Shown here piece by piece: positions 1 to 11,698 of a stretch of DNA of 64,000 bases. The notes under the pieces were generated by a model. The model saw nothing but the letters and a program-made list of their open reading frames with translations, made no database searches and was not told where the DNA came from. A program made the translations under genes and the position numbers. This stretch comes from Mayamaea pseudoterrestris. Taxonomy: Eukaryota. The stretch lies in assembly GCA_027923505.1 (NCBI GenBank), contig BROI01000019.1:496001-560000 (forward strand), written 5' to 3'. The first letter of the stretch is position 1. Every line of letters starts with the position of its first letter.

Positions 1-3000
1 CGATTCCCTGCCGCCAATGTGGTTCGTTTCCATGACGATACGGCGACAGATACCTGGTTTTCCAAGGAAGCCGCCTTTAACGACGGAATCCGCGGCCATG
101 GCGGATGCAAGATGATGCAACTGTTCGTCGGCAAGAAGAGTCTGCTGACGAGGGGATACCCACTGAGAACCGAGAGTGACATGCCCATGGCGCTCGAAGA
201 CTTCATTCGAGACATTGGCGCTCCCGACTTGCTCATTAGCGATAACTCGCGAGTGCAGCTCGGGAAGCAAGTTGAAACCTTGTTGCGATTCTACGCGATT
301 CGTGACCAACAGAGCGAGCCCGGATACCAGAACCAGAACCCTGCCGAGCGTCGCATCCAAGAAGTCAAGTCATCAGTCCAGAACATCATGAACCGTACGG
401 GCGCACCCGCTGGAGCCTGGCTCCTATGCGCGCTGTACGTAATCGCCTTATTCAACAATCTGGCGACCGAGTCCCTCAACTGGAAGACCCCTACTGAAGC
501 CGCCTTCAACCGAGTACCCGACATTTCGCCGTTCCTGCAGTTCAAGTTCTGGGAACGAGTCCTGTACGAAGCTGGAGCCGACGAGCCGCCGACATTTCCT
601 CACACCAAGGAAGCAGCAGGACGCTGGGTCGGCATTGCAGAGAACAAGGGTGACATCCTCACGTACCAAGTTCGATCCGATCGGACTGGAATGGTTGTCG
701 TCCGATCCAACGTTCGTCCCTTCTCCGAAGGACGTAACCTACGCGCTGAAGCTGAAAGCGCTCCTGAACCCGAGTCCGAACGACCACTGTTCGCGGAACC
801 TGTCTTCGACGCGCGCCCCGCGCGTGAACGAGTCCAAGTCGAAACTGTCGACGAGTTTGACGATGAGTATGACCTAGTCGGTCCGGTGTTTGAACACGAC
901 CTTACACCGACCCCAGCGCCTGATTCTGGGGGAACCGTGGATGAAGACGCATTCACGTTGGAAAGCGCTGCCGAGTTAGCCGGTCTGGATCCCGACGGAC
1001 CCATGCCGTCCTTTACTCCGGCTGAACTGATGGGACGCACTGTCCTTCTTGACGAGGAAGACGGCTCCACGCGACGTTACAAGGTTATCGAGCAACTAAA
1101 CGATCGCGATGAAGCCAACCACAAGATTATCAAGTTTCGATTGAGTCTCGGCGACGGCGACGTCGACGAGCTTATTACCTACAACGAACTAGCCGACCTG
1201 TGCGAACGGCAAGATTCTTTACGACTGGGGGACGATGACAACGACGACCAGTACTACAAGTTTGATTTCATTGACGGACATGAAGGTCCACTGACACAAG
1301 CCGACGCTACGTATCGCGGCTCATCCTACAACTTGCTCATCCAATGGGCAAATGGCGAGAAGACCTGGGAGCCACTCGCATTGATTATCAAGTCCGACCC
1401 TGTGACCGTTGCCGAGTACGGCAAGCGCAAGGGTATGCTGGAAAAGGATGGATGGAAGCGCTTGAGGCGCATGGCAGGACGCACTAAAATGTTTAACCGC
1501 ATGTGCAAGGCTGCAAAGAAGAACCGTGTCCAAGAAGCGCGTTTCAAGTTTGGCGTTCAAGTTCCTAATACCTGGAAGGAAGCGAACCGCCTCGACGCTG
1601 CTAATGGAAACACCCTGTGGGCTGACGCCGTCAAGACTGAGATGGAGCAGCTACACGAGTACGACACTTTCATCGACAAGGGCATCGGTGCCTTCATGGA
1701 AAGTGATTGGAAGCGCATCAACGCGCATCTTGTTTTCGACTGCAAGAACGATCTACGACGTAAGGCCCGACTCGTCGCCGGGGGACATTTGACCGCTCCG
1801 CCCAAGGACTCCGCCTACTCCGGCGTTGTATCTATGCGAAGCATCCGAACCATAGCACTGTTAGCTGAACTGAACGACCTCAAGTTTTGGGCTGCCGATG
1901 TCGGTAACGCCTACCTCGAGGCCAAGACCAAGGAAAAGGTCTACATTGTTGCCGGTCCCGAGTTTGGACCATTGGAAGGCCATACCTTGGTCATCTACAA
2001 GGCACTATACGGATTGCGCACTTCTGGCGCGCGTTGGCATGAGCACTTTGCCGACACACTCCGCGACATTGGATTCTACCCAAGCTACGCGGATCCTGAC
2101 GTCTGGATGAAAGACTGTGGCACTCACTACGAGTACGTCGGCGTGTTCGTCGACGATCTGGCTATGGCCATGAAAGATCCACAAGCCTTCACGGACCTCC
2201 TCAAAGAGAAGTACAAGTACAAGTTGAAGGGCGTCGGCGACATCAAGTATCACCTTGGAGCCGACTTCTATCGTGATCCCGATGGAACCCTCTGCATGAG
2301 CGCGAAGACCTACGTCGGTCGCATGCTCAAGAACTACGAGACCATGTTTGGCGAGAAGCCACGCAAGCGCAAGTCACCGCTTGACGACGGGGACCACCCC
2401 GAACTTGACCTTACCGAAGAGCTGGATGCCCGTGGCATTCAACAGTACCAGTCTCTTATCGGTGCCCTCCAGTGGGCAGTGACCCTATGTCGACTTGACA
2501 TTCATTGTGCCGTAATGACACTTGGGCGCTTCCGCTGCGCCCCGCGCCGCGGACACCTGGACCGAGCCAAGCGAGTCTGCGGTTACCTAGCTGAGTACCC
2601 TGATGCGGCGATTCGTTTCCGGACGAAGATCGTCGATCACGGGGAACCTACCAAGTATGATTGGTTGCAATCGGTCTACGGCAACTCAAGCGAAGAGCTT
2701 CCGTGGAACATGCCGATCCCGAAGGGCAAGCCTGTGCAACTAACTACCTTTATGGACGCGAACCTGTACCATGATTACACTACTGGACGTTCCGCAATGG
2801 GAGTCCTGCATTTCCTGAACCAGACGCCCGTCGAATGGTTCTGCAAGCGTCAGAATACTGTCGAGACTGCAACGTATGGATCCGAGTTCGTCGTCGCCAA
2901 GACCGCGACGGAACAGATTATGGATTTCCGATACTCCCTACGCATGTTGGGAGTTCCTTTGAGTGGACCAGCCTGGATGTTCGGCGACAACGAAAGTGTC

Positions 3001-3237
3001 AAGAAGTCGTCAACGATCCCGCACTCCACACTTTCTAAGCGACACAATGCGCTCGCCTACCATCGAGTTCGCGAGGCCATTGCAAGCAATGTTCTGTACT
3101 TTGAGCACATCTTCGGCAAGCAGAACGTCGCCGACGTTCTTACCAAGTTCTTGCCGCATGCCACGTTCCGACCCCTGATCATTCCGATTCTTTTCTGGAA
3201 GGGTGATACGGCAAACCGATCGTTGTCACAAGCCTAG
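1..3237 (+). CDS. pol: Copia Pol polyprotein, 5'-partial: integrase core, chromodomain-like segment, reverse transcriptase, RNase H
   Basis: Frame open from base 1. Integrase SDNS...QNPAERRI; RT RKARLVAGG, ADVGNAYL, KALYGL, FVDD; RNase H DAN...GRS, TYGSEF, GDN, NVADVLTK. Confidence 0.95.
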   Translation, partial: RFPAANVVRFHDDTATDTWFSKEAAFNDGIRGHGGCKMMQLFVGKKSLLTRGYPLRTESDMPMALEDFIRDIGAPDLLISDNSRVQLGKQVETLLRFYAIRDQQSEPGYQNQNPAERRIQEVKSSVQNIMNRTGAPAGAWLLCALYVIALFNNLATESLNWKTPTEAAFNRVPDISPFLQFKFWERVLYEAGADEPPTFPHTKEAAGRWVGIAENKGDILTYQVRSDRTGMVVVRSNVRPFSEGRNLRAEAESAPEPESERPLFAEPVFDARPARERVQVETVDEFDDEYDLVGPVFEHDLTPTPAPDSGGTVDEDAFTLESAAELAGLDPDGPMPSFTPAELMGRTVLLDEEDGSTRRYKVIEQLNDRDEANHKIIKFRLSLGDGDVDELITYNELADLCERQDSLRLGDDDNDDQYYKFDFIDGHEGPLTQADATYRGSSYNLLIQWANGEKTWEPLALIIKSDPVTVAEYGKRKGMLEKDGWKRLRRMAGRTKMFNRMCKAAKKNRVQEARFKFGVQVPNTWKEANRLDAANGNTLWADAVKTEMEQLHEYDTFIDKGIGAFMESDWKRINAHLVFDCKNDLRRKARLVAGGHLTAPPKDSAYSGVVSMRSIRTIALLAELNDLKFWAADVGNAYLEAKTKEKVYIVAGPEFGPLEGHTLVIYKALYGLRTSGARWHEHFADTLRDIGFYPSYADPDVWMKDCGTHYEYVGVFVDDLAMAMKDPQAFTDLLKEKYKYKLKGVGDIKYHLGADFYRDPDGTLCMSAKTYVGRMLKNYETMFGEKPRKRKSPLDDGDHPELDLTEELDARGIQQYQSLIGALQWAVTLCRLDIHCAVMTLGRFRCAPRRGHLDRAKRVCGYLAEYPDAAIRFRTKIVDHGEPTKYDWLQSVYGNSSEELPWNMPIPKGKPVQLTTFMDANLYHDYTTGRSAMGVLHFLNQTPVEWFCKRQNTVETATYGSEFVVAKTATEQIMDFRYSLRMLGVPLSGPAWMFGDNESVKKSSTIPHSTLSKRHNALAYHRVREAIASNVLYFEHIFGKQNVADVLTKFLPHATFRPLIIPILFWKGDTANRSLSQA

Positions 3238-3248
3238 ATCAAGGGGGA

Positions 3249-3577
3249 TGACACAATATTATTGAGTTGAGTTGACCTGCGTCTTATGACAAGACGGTTA
3301 GCTACCTGTGTTTTGTATGCATTTAATCCTGTGCAGGGTTGAGTCACACTTGTGACCGAATCCTCACATACATGAGTGAAATCGCTGACGATCGAGGCGT
3401 GAACCTCGACCGTGAACCCAGTGAGAACGAGAAGGAAGCGCACGAGTAGAGTAGCGAGTAACATGCACTATTCTAGCAATTGAGTTTGTTTGTTTGCTTT
3501 ACGCTGGACGAAGAGGTTGATCGCTCCGAGTCCATTGTAGTCGCTGGAATAAAGGTTCGTCTGATATTATCGTGTCA
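3249..3577 (+). repeat. 3' LTR (329 bp) of the first copia element
   Basis: Starts TGACAC directly after the PPT and ends GTGTCA (terminal inverted repeat); AATAAA at 3548-3553. The partner LTR is not in the window. Confidence 0.8.
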
Positions 3578-3970
3578 GTTTCTTTGCAAAGTGGCTATCA
3601 CATGAGTAAAATTCTCAGGACACAAAGTGTCGGGCTTCTGCTAGTTTGGAACTTTCAAAGGTCACGGCTGTTGACTTGCCAATGCAGTGTGATACAACCA
3701 TGCAGAGTTGCAAGGGGGCACACTGCTGCTGCTGCTAGTTTACATGGATACTTGCTCTTGGGGGACACATCATAAACAACAGCATATGGGTGTGATAATA
3801 ATCTTGTGATGACTGACTGGAAGAAATGCATTGGGCGAGAAGAGCAGTGGGGCAGCAACATGCACCAAGACAGCCAGCAAAGACTCACAAAGTTCCCTAG
3901 GACCTTCCAACCTTTTTTGACAGCTAGCAAAACATATTTAACCTCTAACACATTGTAACAGGAGGCAAAA

Positions 3971-4042
3971 GGTCCTCTTCGGGAATCGAACCCGAGACCA
4001 CCTCCACCCTAAAGAGGTATCATACCACTAGACCAAGAGGAC
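3971..4042 (-). tRNA. tRNA-Pro(AGG)
   Basis: 72-nt cloverleaf: acceptor stem GTCCTCT/AGAGGAC, D arm TGGTCTAGTGG, anticodon arm CCTCT-TTAGGGT-GGAGG, T loop GGTTCGATTCC, followed by a TTTT Pol III terminator. Confidence 0.95.
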
Positions 4043-4550
4043 AGTGGCATGGAAGCTGGAATATTGGCATTTGTAAGCTGGTTTGTTTTAGTTCAGACAT
4101 CACCATCGCTGCAAGGCACAAAGAAGTTGAAAGAGATATGTTTGTTCAAGGCATGTCCATGCTAAAAGGAAGTATAGTTATGGGATAGCAAAGGATGAAG
4201 GTGTTTGTTGTTTAACTTTGCTCCCTGACAACCCCTTTCAATTGGCAATGGCGCCACCATTGATAGCTATTTATACGATTGGTCTTGTATATGCTGCAAA
4301 CCCTGTTGCGGCGCTTAGGTGTTTGTTATACAGTACGGTAAGGAGCATACTATACATACTATGGCTTTTTTTGTTAAACTGGTTGCTTGAGGTGCGGCGA
4401 CGCAGCATGTCGGTTCGGTACTGATTGGCGCGGACGCGCGCCGAAGGAACGACCACGTCGCGTGACTTTGTTCCTCGGACGATGACGAATCGGTGATCAA
4501 GACAACCATGGAGGGATCAAGTTCCAACGTAGGTCGGACTACAAGCTACC

Positions 4551-5563
4551 ATGAGACGTGTCTTACTGCTTATACAAATTCTGAACGTGTCGCTTGGACT
4601 GCAACAATGTGCACTGCTGAACGCACGCAGTCGCGTCACCAATTTGCTTTCGGCTACACAACGACAGCAATCTCCTCGAAGCTTGCCAAAGGCCTTCCTC
4701 ATGATGAACTTTCAAGACGAAAACGACGACGACGATGATTTGGATTTTTCCAACTTTCAGCGACGCCAATTACCAGAAACGGCCTTTGGTTCCGAAGCCG
4801 TCCCCGAAGGTCAGCGACCAATCAACGAATATTTAGATTTGCAACGCGCTCCACTCTTTGGTTGGGCGACACTTCAAAACGCTGGTCTATTTTGGAGACT
4901 GCTACTGGTATATGCCTTTGTCTTTTCCGTCATTTGCTATCCGATCGCTGGAGCTACCTTTACCTTGGAAGGCTACACACTGCAAAAGGTGGCGTCGGCC
5001 AACGTTGGAGCACTCTCGCTGATTATACTATTGCTGCTGCGGTTCTTTAGCGGATGGGGCTACGTCGGCGAGCGACTTACATCCAAGGTGATTGAATACG
5101 AGGAAACTGGGTGGTATGACGGGGACTTTGAGCGAAAAACAAAGAGTAAGTGGATCTTGCGCTTGTACTGCGCTTATTGTGGAGCTTTACCTTGCTCGAG
5201 AGAATCGCTTATGCATCATCTGATCCCCTATGCTTTTTACTGATGTCATCACTGTCTCGTTACACTCGCACAGCCGAAGAAATGAGAGACCGAATGGTGT
5301 ATAACAGCGAAGTGAAACCTGTGATTGAACGAATCAAGCAATTCTCACTCGCCGCTTCCGGCCTCTGGGTCGCTTCCGTCATTGGGTTCAACGTTGCCAT
5401 GGACGCCAAACCACTCTTCAACGAATACGATCCAAACATGTTGGAAAAGCTGAGGTATGACGACAAGCTGGCGGAAACGGCGGCATCCTATACGGGCGGT
5501 CGACCCGCCTACTGCGATTCAAGATACTATCGAGCCGTGGCGGGAGGCTCTGGCTGCAAATAA
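4551..5563 (+). CDS. CGLD27/Ycf36 (DUF1230)-like plastid membrane protein; exons 4551-5145, 5274-5563
   Basis: VP..QRPINEY, GWGYV.ERL and YEETGWYDG motifs; signal plus transit-like N-terminus; GTAAG...CAG intron joins the two ORFs in frame. Confidence 0.85.
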
Positions 5564-6000
5564 GCCTTGCTAACGTTTCCTCTCTAGAAAACATGGGCAT
5601 GGTGAGTGCTGTCTTGTTTCACCGAACTGCCTCATTCCATGGATGACGCATCCACGACACAATTGGCCATCCTGGAGCTTCGCTTGCCGGCCCCCCGCCA
5701 TTGACTCTTGCACACTGATACACTAGCTAATTGGCACCATATTCATTCATCGTTACATCTCTCCATCGCCGTAGCATAGCCTTTCGTGTTGATGTACGGT
5801 AGACTATCCGGTGAGCAATGCATCGAGTTGGTTTCGATAGCAAACGTAACCCCATCCCTTTCTCTCTGCAAAGATCCATCGCGTCGAATTTGCGTTCCGG
5901 CAGCAGCTGCGACCATTGATCAAGCAACAATCATTCACGAGGATAGAAGCCTTACTACTTTCTTGTACCTTTTCGCAATCGTTTCATATCAATTCACACT

Positions 6001-7444
6001 ATGCTTGCTTCATCCCGCTCCTTGCTTCGCGCGGCAACCAGTCGTTCCAGCCTCGGCGCCGTCCGATACTTGAACGTGCACGAGTACATTTCCATGGAGC
6101 TCATGCAGCAGCACGGCATTTCGACGCCCGAGTCGCACGTGGCCGAAACGCCGCAGGAGGCGGAACATATTTACAATAGTCGCTTCAAGGCTAGTAAGTG
6201 ACAGATCATTTGCAATTGCTATGAAAGAAAAGGAATTATTGCTGTCGAAGGCTCTTGAAACTCTCTTCCTCATAAATACTTCTTCTTCCATTCCTTCTCT
6301 TTAAACAAATTCAGGAGGATTGGAGGACGTTGTCATCAAGGCGCAAGTGCTGTCGGGCGGCCGCGGCCTTGGTACCTTCAAGAATGGCTTCCAGGGCGGC
6401 GTGCACATGATTTCCTCGGGACAGCAGGCGCGCGACTTTGCCGAAAGCATGATTGGCCAAGAGTTGGTCACCAAGCAAGCGCCCAATGGCATCATCTGCA
6501 ACAAGGTGCTGCTGATGGAGCGCATGTACATGCGCAAGGAAATGTATTTGAGTATTCTCATGGATCGGTCTGCGCAGGGACCTCTCTTGGTGTGCTCGCC
6601 CCGCGGTGGAACCTCGATTGAGGATGTCGCCAAGTCGAATCCGGAATTCATCTTTACGCAGCCAATTGACATAATGGAGGGAATTACCGATGAACACTGC
6701 AAGCGCATGGCGGGCAATTTGGGTTTGACGGAAGGTAGTCCCTCATTTGACAAGGCTGTCACACTCATGAAGAACTTGTATTCCATGTTTATTGCCTTGG
6801 ACTGCACGCAGGTGGAAATCAATCCGCTCGCCGAGACTCCAGACGGCGAAGTGGTCGTGTGCGACGCCAAGGTGAACTTTGACGACAATGCCGAGTTTCG
6901 GCAGGGAACCGTCTTTTCGCGACGCGACTACTCGCAGGAGGATCCGCGTGAAGTGGAGGCGTCCAAATATGATTTGAACTATATTGGTTTGGATGGAAGC
7001 ATTGGATGCATGGTGAATGGAGCCGGTCTTGCCATGTCGACCATGGACATTATTCAGCTCAAGGGAGGCTCGCCGGCCAACTTTTTGGACGTTGGCGGTG
7101 GCGCGAGTGAAACGCAGGTGCAAAAGGCGTTTGAGCTGCTCAACAGTGACCCGTCCGTCAAGGCGATTCTTGTCAACATTTTTGGTGGAATCATGCGCTG
7201 CGACGTGATTGCCAAGGGTATTCTGAAGGCTGCCGACGAGTTGGGAATCAACAAGCCGATTGTCATTCGCCTGCAAGGAACCAATGTCAAGGAAGCCAAG
7301 CTATTGATTGAAGCATCGAGTCACCGCATGATTCTTGCCGACGACTTGGAAGACGCTGCTACCAAGGCTGTCGGTGTAGCCGAAATTGTTGCGCAGGCGG
7401 AGAAGATTGACGTTAATGTTGAGTTTGAGGGCTTGCATCTTTAA
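6001..7444 (+). CDS. sucC: Succinyl-CoA ligase beta subunit, mitochondrial; exons 6001-6193, 6315-7444
   Basis: LNVHEY, KAQVLSGGRGLG, EINPL, GCMVNGAGLAM, NFLDVGGGA, NIFGGIMRCD; mitochondrial-type presequence; intron 6194-6314 restores frame. Confidence 0.97.
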
Positions 7445-7649
7445 AGTGTCGTATAATGAGTAACACTCATCGCATTTACTTGTGTCTGTGACTACCAGGT
7501 GACAATCTATTAGTCGCTACTGTACTGCGAAAGTCTCTTTTTGCTGACGATAAAAGTCCTGCTATTAAATTTGACTTGATAACCCAGAAGGTCTATCAAG
7601 ATGTTACACTATGAATGCTATGCATGTTCCCCAATTTCCAGTCATTAAC

Positions 7650-8482
7650 CTATGGCAAGGTGATTTCGTAGATGCAGACACCAATTAACAAGGTCATGCG
7701 CGAGACGAGTTCAAGTTCCGACCCACCAGCAAGTTGAATTAGTGGCTCATTTTCAGTGTAAATGTATGATCCATTGGTTGAACCAGTATCCTTGTAGTAG
7801 AGGTTGCGCGTCTTTTTACTGACCCCAAACTCGGCATGCGTGGTTGAAACCTCCAAGTCACCGGACAAGCTCATGCCCTTGTTTGTAAAGTGGATGCCCC
7901 TTGATCGACCGACTTTGCATGGTTTCTCAAACGTAGGTTGCACTGCCCATTCCTTGCCAATGTAGCATTCACCAGCCTTCTTTTGACTTGCAATGCATGT
8001 GATTCGAATGTACGGAAGGTTGGGGTCAATGGTGCGACCGCAAATTGTTTCTGGCGGAGCCTTGCGTGCGGCAGGCTTGGTGGCCAGCTTCTTTAATGTC
8101 TTGCCAGTCTTTCCGGCATGTCCAGAGTAAGTGCTTTGGGCTTGATTCTCCTTGAAGTTGCCAGCAGGAGCATCTGCATGAGTCTGCCACAAGGCCTCCT
8201 TGATTGTTTCAAACTTTGACTTGAGCGCATCAATTTTGGCGTCGTAGGTAGCGCTCATAATCTCGATCTGGAAGCCAAGCTCCTGTTCCAGGAATTGCTC
8301 TATTGACATGTCAGGTGGTACTGTATGTAGAAGAAGAACGAATGAATGAATGAGTCGCTGCGATAAACGGCAACATACTATTTGCCTTGCGCCTTGCGCA
8401 CCATGCATCGCCAATCGCCAACAAGAAAAGCACTGCACGCACCATCGTCGGAGAAATCATAAGAATTGTATCGAGACTCCAT
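7650..8482 (-). CDS. FHA-domain protein; exons 8482-8443, 8320-7650
   Basis: FHA motifs VGRS, EVSTTHA, DTGSTNGS; GTGCGT...CAG intron 8442-8321 gives MESRYNSYDFSDDVPPDM. Confidence 0.75.
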
Positions 8483-8718
8483 TGCAGTGCTCTATTGAGT
8501 GTATTTGCGTAATCTACAAGAGTAGCAGCTTGGTGCAGCGCTATGGTGTCTGTGATGGAACGGTCGCGGTCGCCAACGAAAAGTGGTCGTCGCAGCACCA
8601 TCGTCGACTCGCTAAACGAGCGGCCCAGCGCGCGCGCTATCCCGGTTGGATGACGTCATTCATGACTCAGTTTGCCGCGCCTGTTTGCGCTGCGACGATA
8701 ACAAACCTTGCTGTCACC

Positions 8719-9315
8719 ATGGACATTGGCCCCGATACAGACACATCTATGGATTCACACGTCCAAGATTTATCATTCTCAATTGTATGGTCGCCTCTTC
8801 CATTTGTTACATGGCTCCTACCATTCATTGGCCATTTGGGAATCTGCAACAGTCGAGGCATTGCATCAGACTTTCGAGGCAGCTACTTCGTTGGTAGTGA
8901 TGGACGCATGGCCTTTGGAGCTCCTACAAGAGCCCTTAAAGTTGGTGTCGGGGAAGTAGGGGCGGAGCAATGGGATGCAGCTATACAACAGGCTAACACG
9001 GTTTACAATCAAAGAATCCATAATATATGCTGCGACAAGTAAGTCATGAACGCCACATGCCACATGTACGAGGAAACAAACGACGGAACTTTCTCAACAT
9101 CTAACATTCTTTGATCAATCAGTTGTCACTCTCATGTCGCATGCGCGCTGAATGGCATGCATGTACGAGCCTTTGGGATTGAAAAGTGGAACATGGTTAA
9201 ACTTTGCTTCCTCATGTTCTTTCGCTCAAGGTTTCTGAGTCGATGGGCAATCTTGTCGCAGTTTGGACCACTATTCCTTCTGATATTAATTATAACTCTG
9301 GTCAAGATGCTTTAG
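8719..9315 (+). CDS. TMEM222/RTE1-like (DUF778) membrane protein; exons 8719-9038, 9123-9315
   Basis: IVWSPLP..TWLLPFIGHLGI, DF.G.Y, MAFGAP; splicing yields CCDNCHSHVA; hydrophobic C-terminus. Confidence 0.9.
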
Positions 9316-9398
9316 CAAAATAGAGATATTTGTATACTTAGCAGGACCTCTTCCGATTGCACATTGCAAAAGCCAGCACGCACATTACGTGTACTCCA

Positions 9399-10343
9399 TT
9401 AACCAAACACATCTCGCACAATGCGATCAGCAAGGCTTTCATCGTCCTTGTCTGAATTTAAGAAGAACGCGTCGAGTCCACGGTAGACTGCTAGTAAAAA
9501 GACTGGTCCCATGATGTAGGTCATTGGCATGAGCGGCCAGTGCCAAATGAACTTGCGCCAAGTAATCTCTGACCAGCGCCACAACATGGCAAGATAGTTG
9601 GGATAGTGGATCAGATGATTATTGAAAAAGCTGACCATAATCAGCATCATGCAGGAAACGACTGTGGATATAAAAACGTTCATCTTTCTGACTGACAATG
9701 GTTGATCGGGTCGTGGGATACCAAACGTCAGCGCAATCGAGCCCAGCCAGTTGAGCAAGCCTTGCCCAATCAAGATTTGACAAGTCAAGTACTCGAACTC
9801 AAAGTTCTCGCGCAAGACTGACATTGGAGTGCTTTCGTCGTGCACATGAACCTTGGCCAAGGCGGCTGGCGGCAACGCCATGAGCATGGATCTTGTAATG
9901 AGACTGAAAAAGATGCAGCTTAGCACCATGGTAAAGGCAGAAACAAGGAGAAACTTGGTCATCTTCTTGGCAATTCGAAGCATTTTGGAGTCTCCTGGTT
10001 TGATGCTCAAGTCGGAGTCGGCGCGCATGATTTGGTAAAGGTTTGAAAGGACGGCTCCAGAAACCATTGATGCCGGCCCAGCAAGACTTCCGACCCAATC
10101 GCTCGCCTTTCCAACTAGCATTGCAGATTGATCTCCACCCCGCAGCTCCAGAATGGACGAATTCGCCGTAATGGTGGGTTGTCTATCCGATGACGTGCTC
10201 GTCAAGGATGATTGCGGTCGAAACGCCAACAAGCGACGGCGCACGACAGTCGAGTCGCTCGACGCGGCGGCGGCAACACATGCCAATAGAACACTTCCAA
10301 GCAAAAGATGAACGCAATGTCTCATGGTAGCTGTTGGAGCCAT
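9399..10343 (-). CDS. Uncharacterised multi-pass membrane protein, paralog A
   Basis: Signal peptide, LELRGG, about 5 hydrophobic helices; LRENFEFEYLT shared with the neighbouring gene. Confidence 0.8.
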   Translation of the reverse strand: MAPTATMRHCVHLLLGSVLLACVAAAASSDSTVVRRRLLAFRPQSSLTSTSSDRQPTITANSSILELRGGDQSAMLVGKASDWVGSLAGPASMVSGAVLSNLYQIMRADSDLSIKPGDSKMLRIAKKMTKFLLVSAFTMVLSCIFFSLITRSMLMALPPAALAKVHVHDESTPMSVLRENFEFEYLTCQILIGQGLLNWLGSIALTFGIPRPDQPLSVRKMNVFISTVVSCMMLIMVSFFNNHLIHYPNYLAMLWRWSEITWRKFIWHWPLMPMTYIMGPVFLLAVYRGLDAFFLNSDKDDESLADRIVRDVFG

Positions 10344-10530
10344 TTCTACTATGGATTCGTTGCCGCAATGTTGTGAAGCAGCGAATCATCCTTGTTGCAG
10401 TCGCGATCATCCAAGAAAAAATGAGTGCGGATCGCACCGGCATTTGAAGCGACACGATTCGAAAGATCGAAATCAGATCGGCATCACAACATCCTCCCAC
10501 AACATCCGGAAATCTTGAGCAACAACAATA

Positions 10531-11528
10531 ATGAGGCTACATGCGTATATTATTCTCTTTAATTCTTGGGTTGTCCATGCGACGACATGTAGACGGAATT
10601 TGAAGCTATCGCCTACTTTTGCTGCTCGATCATTGACGAAGCACAGAACAGCATACAATTCCGGTCGGCATGCTGTCAAAATCAAGCAGACTGCATCAAT
10701 ACATGCCGTATCACGCATTCGTGGAGGAGGAGAGGGGAATGTAGACAAGGTTATTGAAGGCAGTTACGGCTGGCTGATGAATCTTGGAGCTCCAGCCGCC
10801 TTGGTTGCCGGTGCTGTGATTGGTTCGCTCTACGAATTCAACCGAAACGACGACTTGGAACTGGAGCGTAAGGACGGCAAGCTCGTGACAGCGGCAAAAA
10901 AGTTCTCCAAGCTGCTGCTTGTCTTTGCGTTTGCGCTGGAGCTGCTATGCATCTTTGTTATCACCGTTATGGGGACTGGTACGATGCTGAAATTGATCGA
11001 TCTCCTGGTTTGTCCTCGCCCATCTCATCGTTGACTCAGTCTAACTATGCCACAACATTTCCGTAACATGCAGTACTGATCAGCAAGACCGTCAGCGAAA
11101 AGCTAGCCATGACTATAACGCCAGAAACAACCCCCATATCATTCCTTCGCGACAATTTCGAGTTTGAATACCTGACGGCGCGCGTCACCTTTCTCGTCGG
11201 CTTGCTCAATTGGTTGACAGCCATTGCCCTTCACTTTATCATTCCCAACGGCATTGAGACTGTCGCAACTCGCAACATGGACAAGCTCATTTCATCCATT
11301 TTGGTGACGCTCATCATTCTCATGGTTTCCTTTTACAATACGCACGTGGTTGTCTATGAAAACATTGGCGAAATGATACTGCGCTACAAGTTTCTCGCAG
11401 TACAAAACTATTTGACGGTATGGCCACCGCGGCCCTTGTCGCTGGCGCTGTATCCTTGCGTTGGCTCCATTCTATTTTACATGTACCAGTGCTTTTTTGC
11501 AAAGGCGCAAGGGACGAACTTTACATGA
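10531..11528 (+). CDS. Uncharacterised multi-pass membrane protein, paralog B; exons 10531-10978, 11074-11528
   Basis: SRIRGG, LGAPAALVAGAV, LRDNFEFEYLT; GTACG...CAG intron joins the ORFs in frame. Confidence 0.8.
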
Positions 11529-11698
11529 CTTGTTGGGCAAGCCGGCGGCATTTGCTGGCAAAAGGCACATGAATGCCTATCTATATCTATCTCATCTCAC
11601 TAAACATCGGAATAGGCTAGCTTTTACTTAAAATATAACATGAACTCATTCTTGTTACGATGTTACTACGTTACCATTGTCGAACAATTTTCTCTCCA

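Larger units (their letters stand above)
1..3577 (+). mobile_element. Ty1/copia LTR retrotransposon (diatom CoDi-type), 3' part; 5' end lies outside the window
   Basis: Uninterrupted pol in integrase-RT-RNaseH order, polypurine tract AAGGGGGA at 3241-3248, then an LTR bounded by TGACAC...GTGTCA. Confidence 0.95.

Noticed and set aside
3577..3971. Copia insertion targeted to the tRNA gene
   Set aside because: A single case about 390 bp from the tRNA 3' end; the second element has no nearby tRNA, so targeting is unsupported
8350..8718. Long N-terminal extensions of track ORFs (also 13108, 28951, 52717, 54685)
   Set aside because: They start at non-ATG codons or run through promoters and neighbouring genes; recognisable homology begins at downstream ATGs
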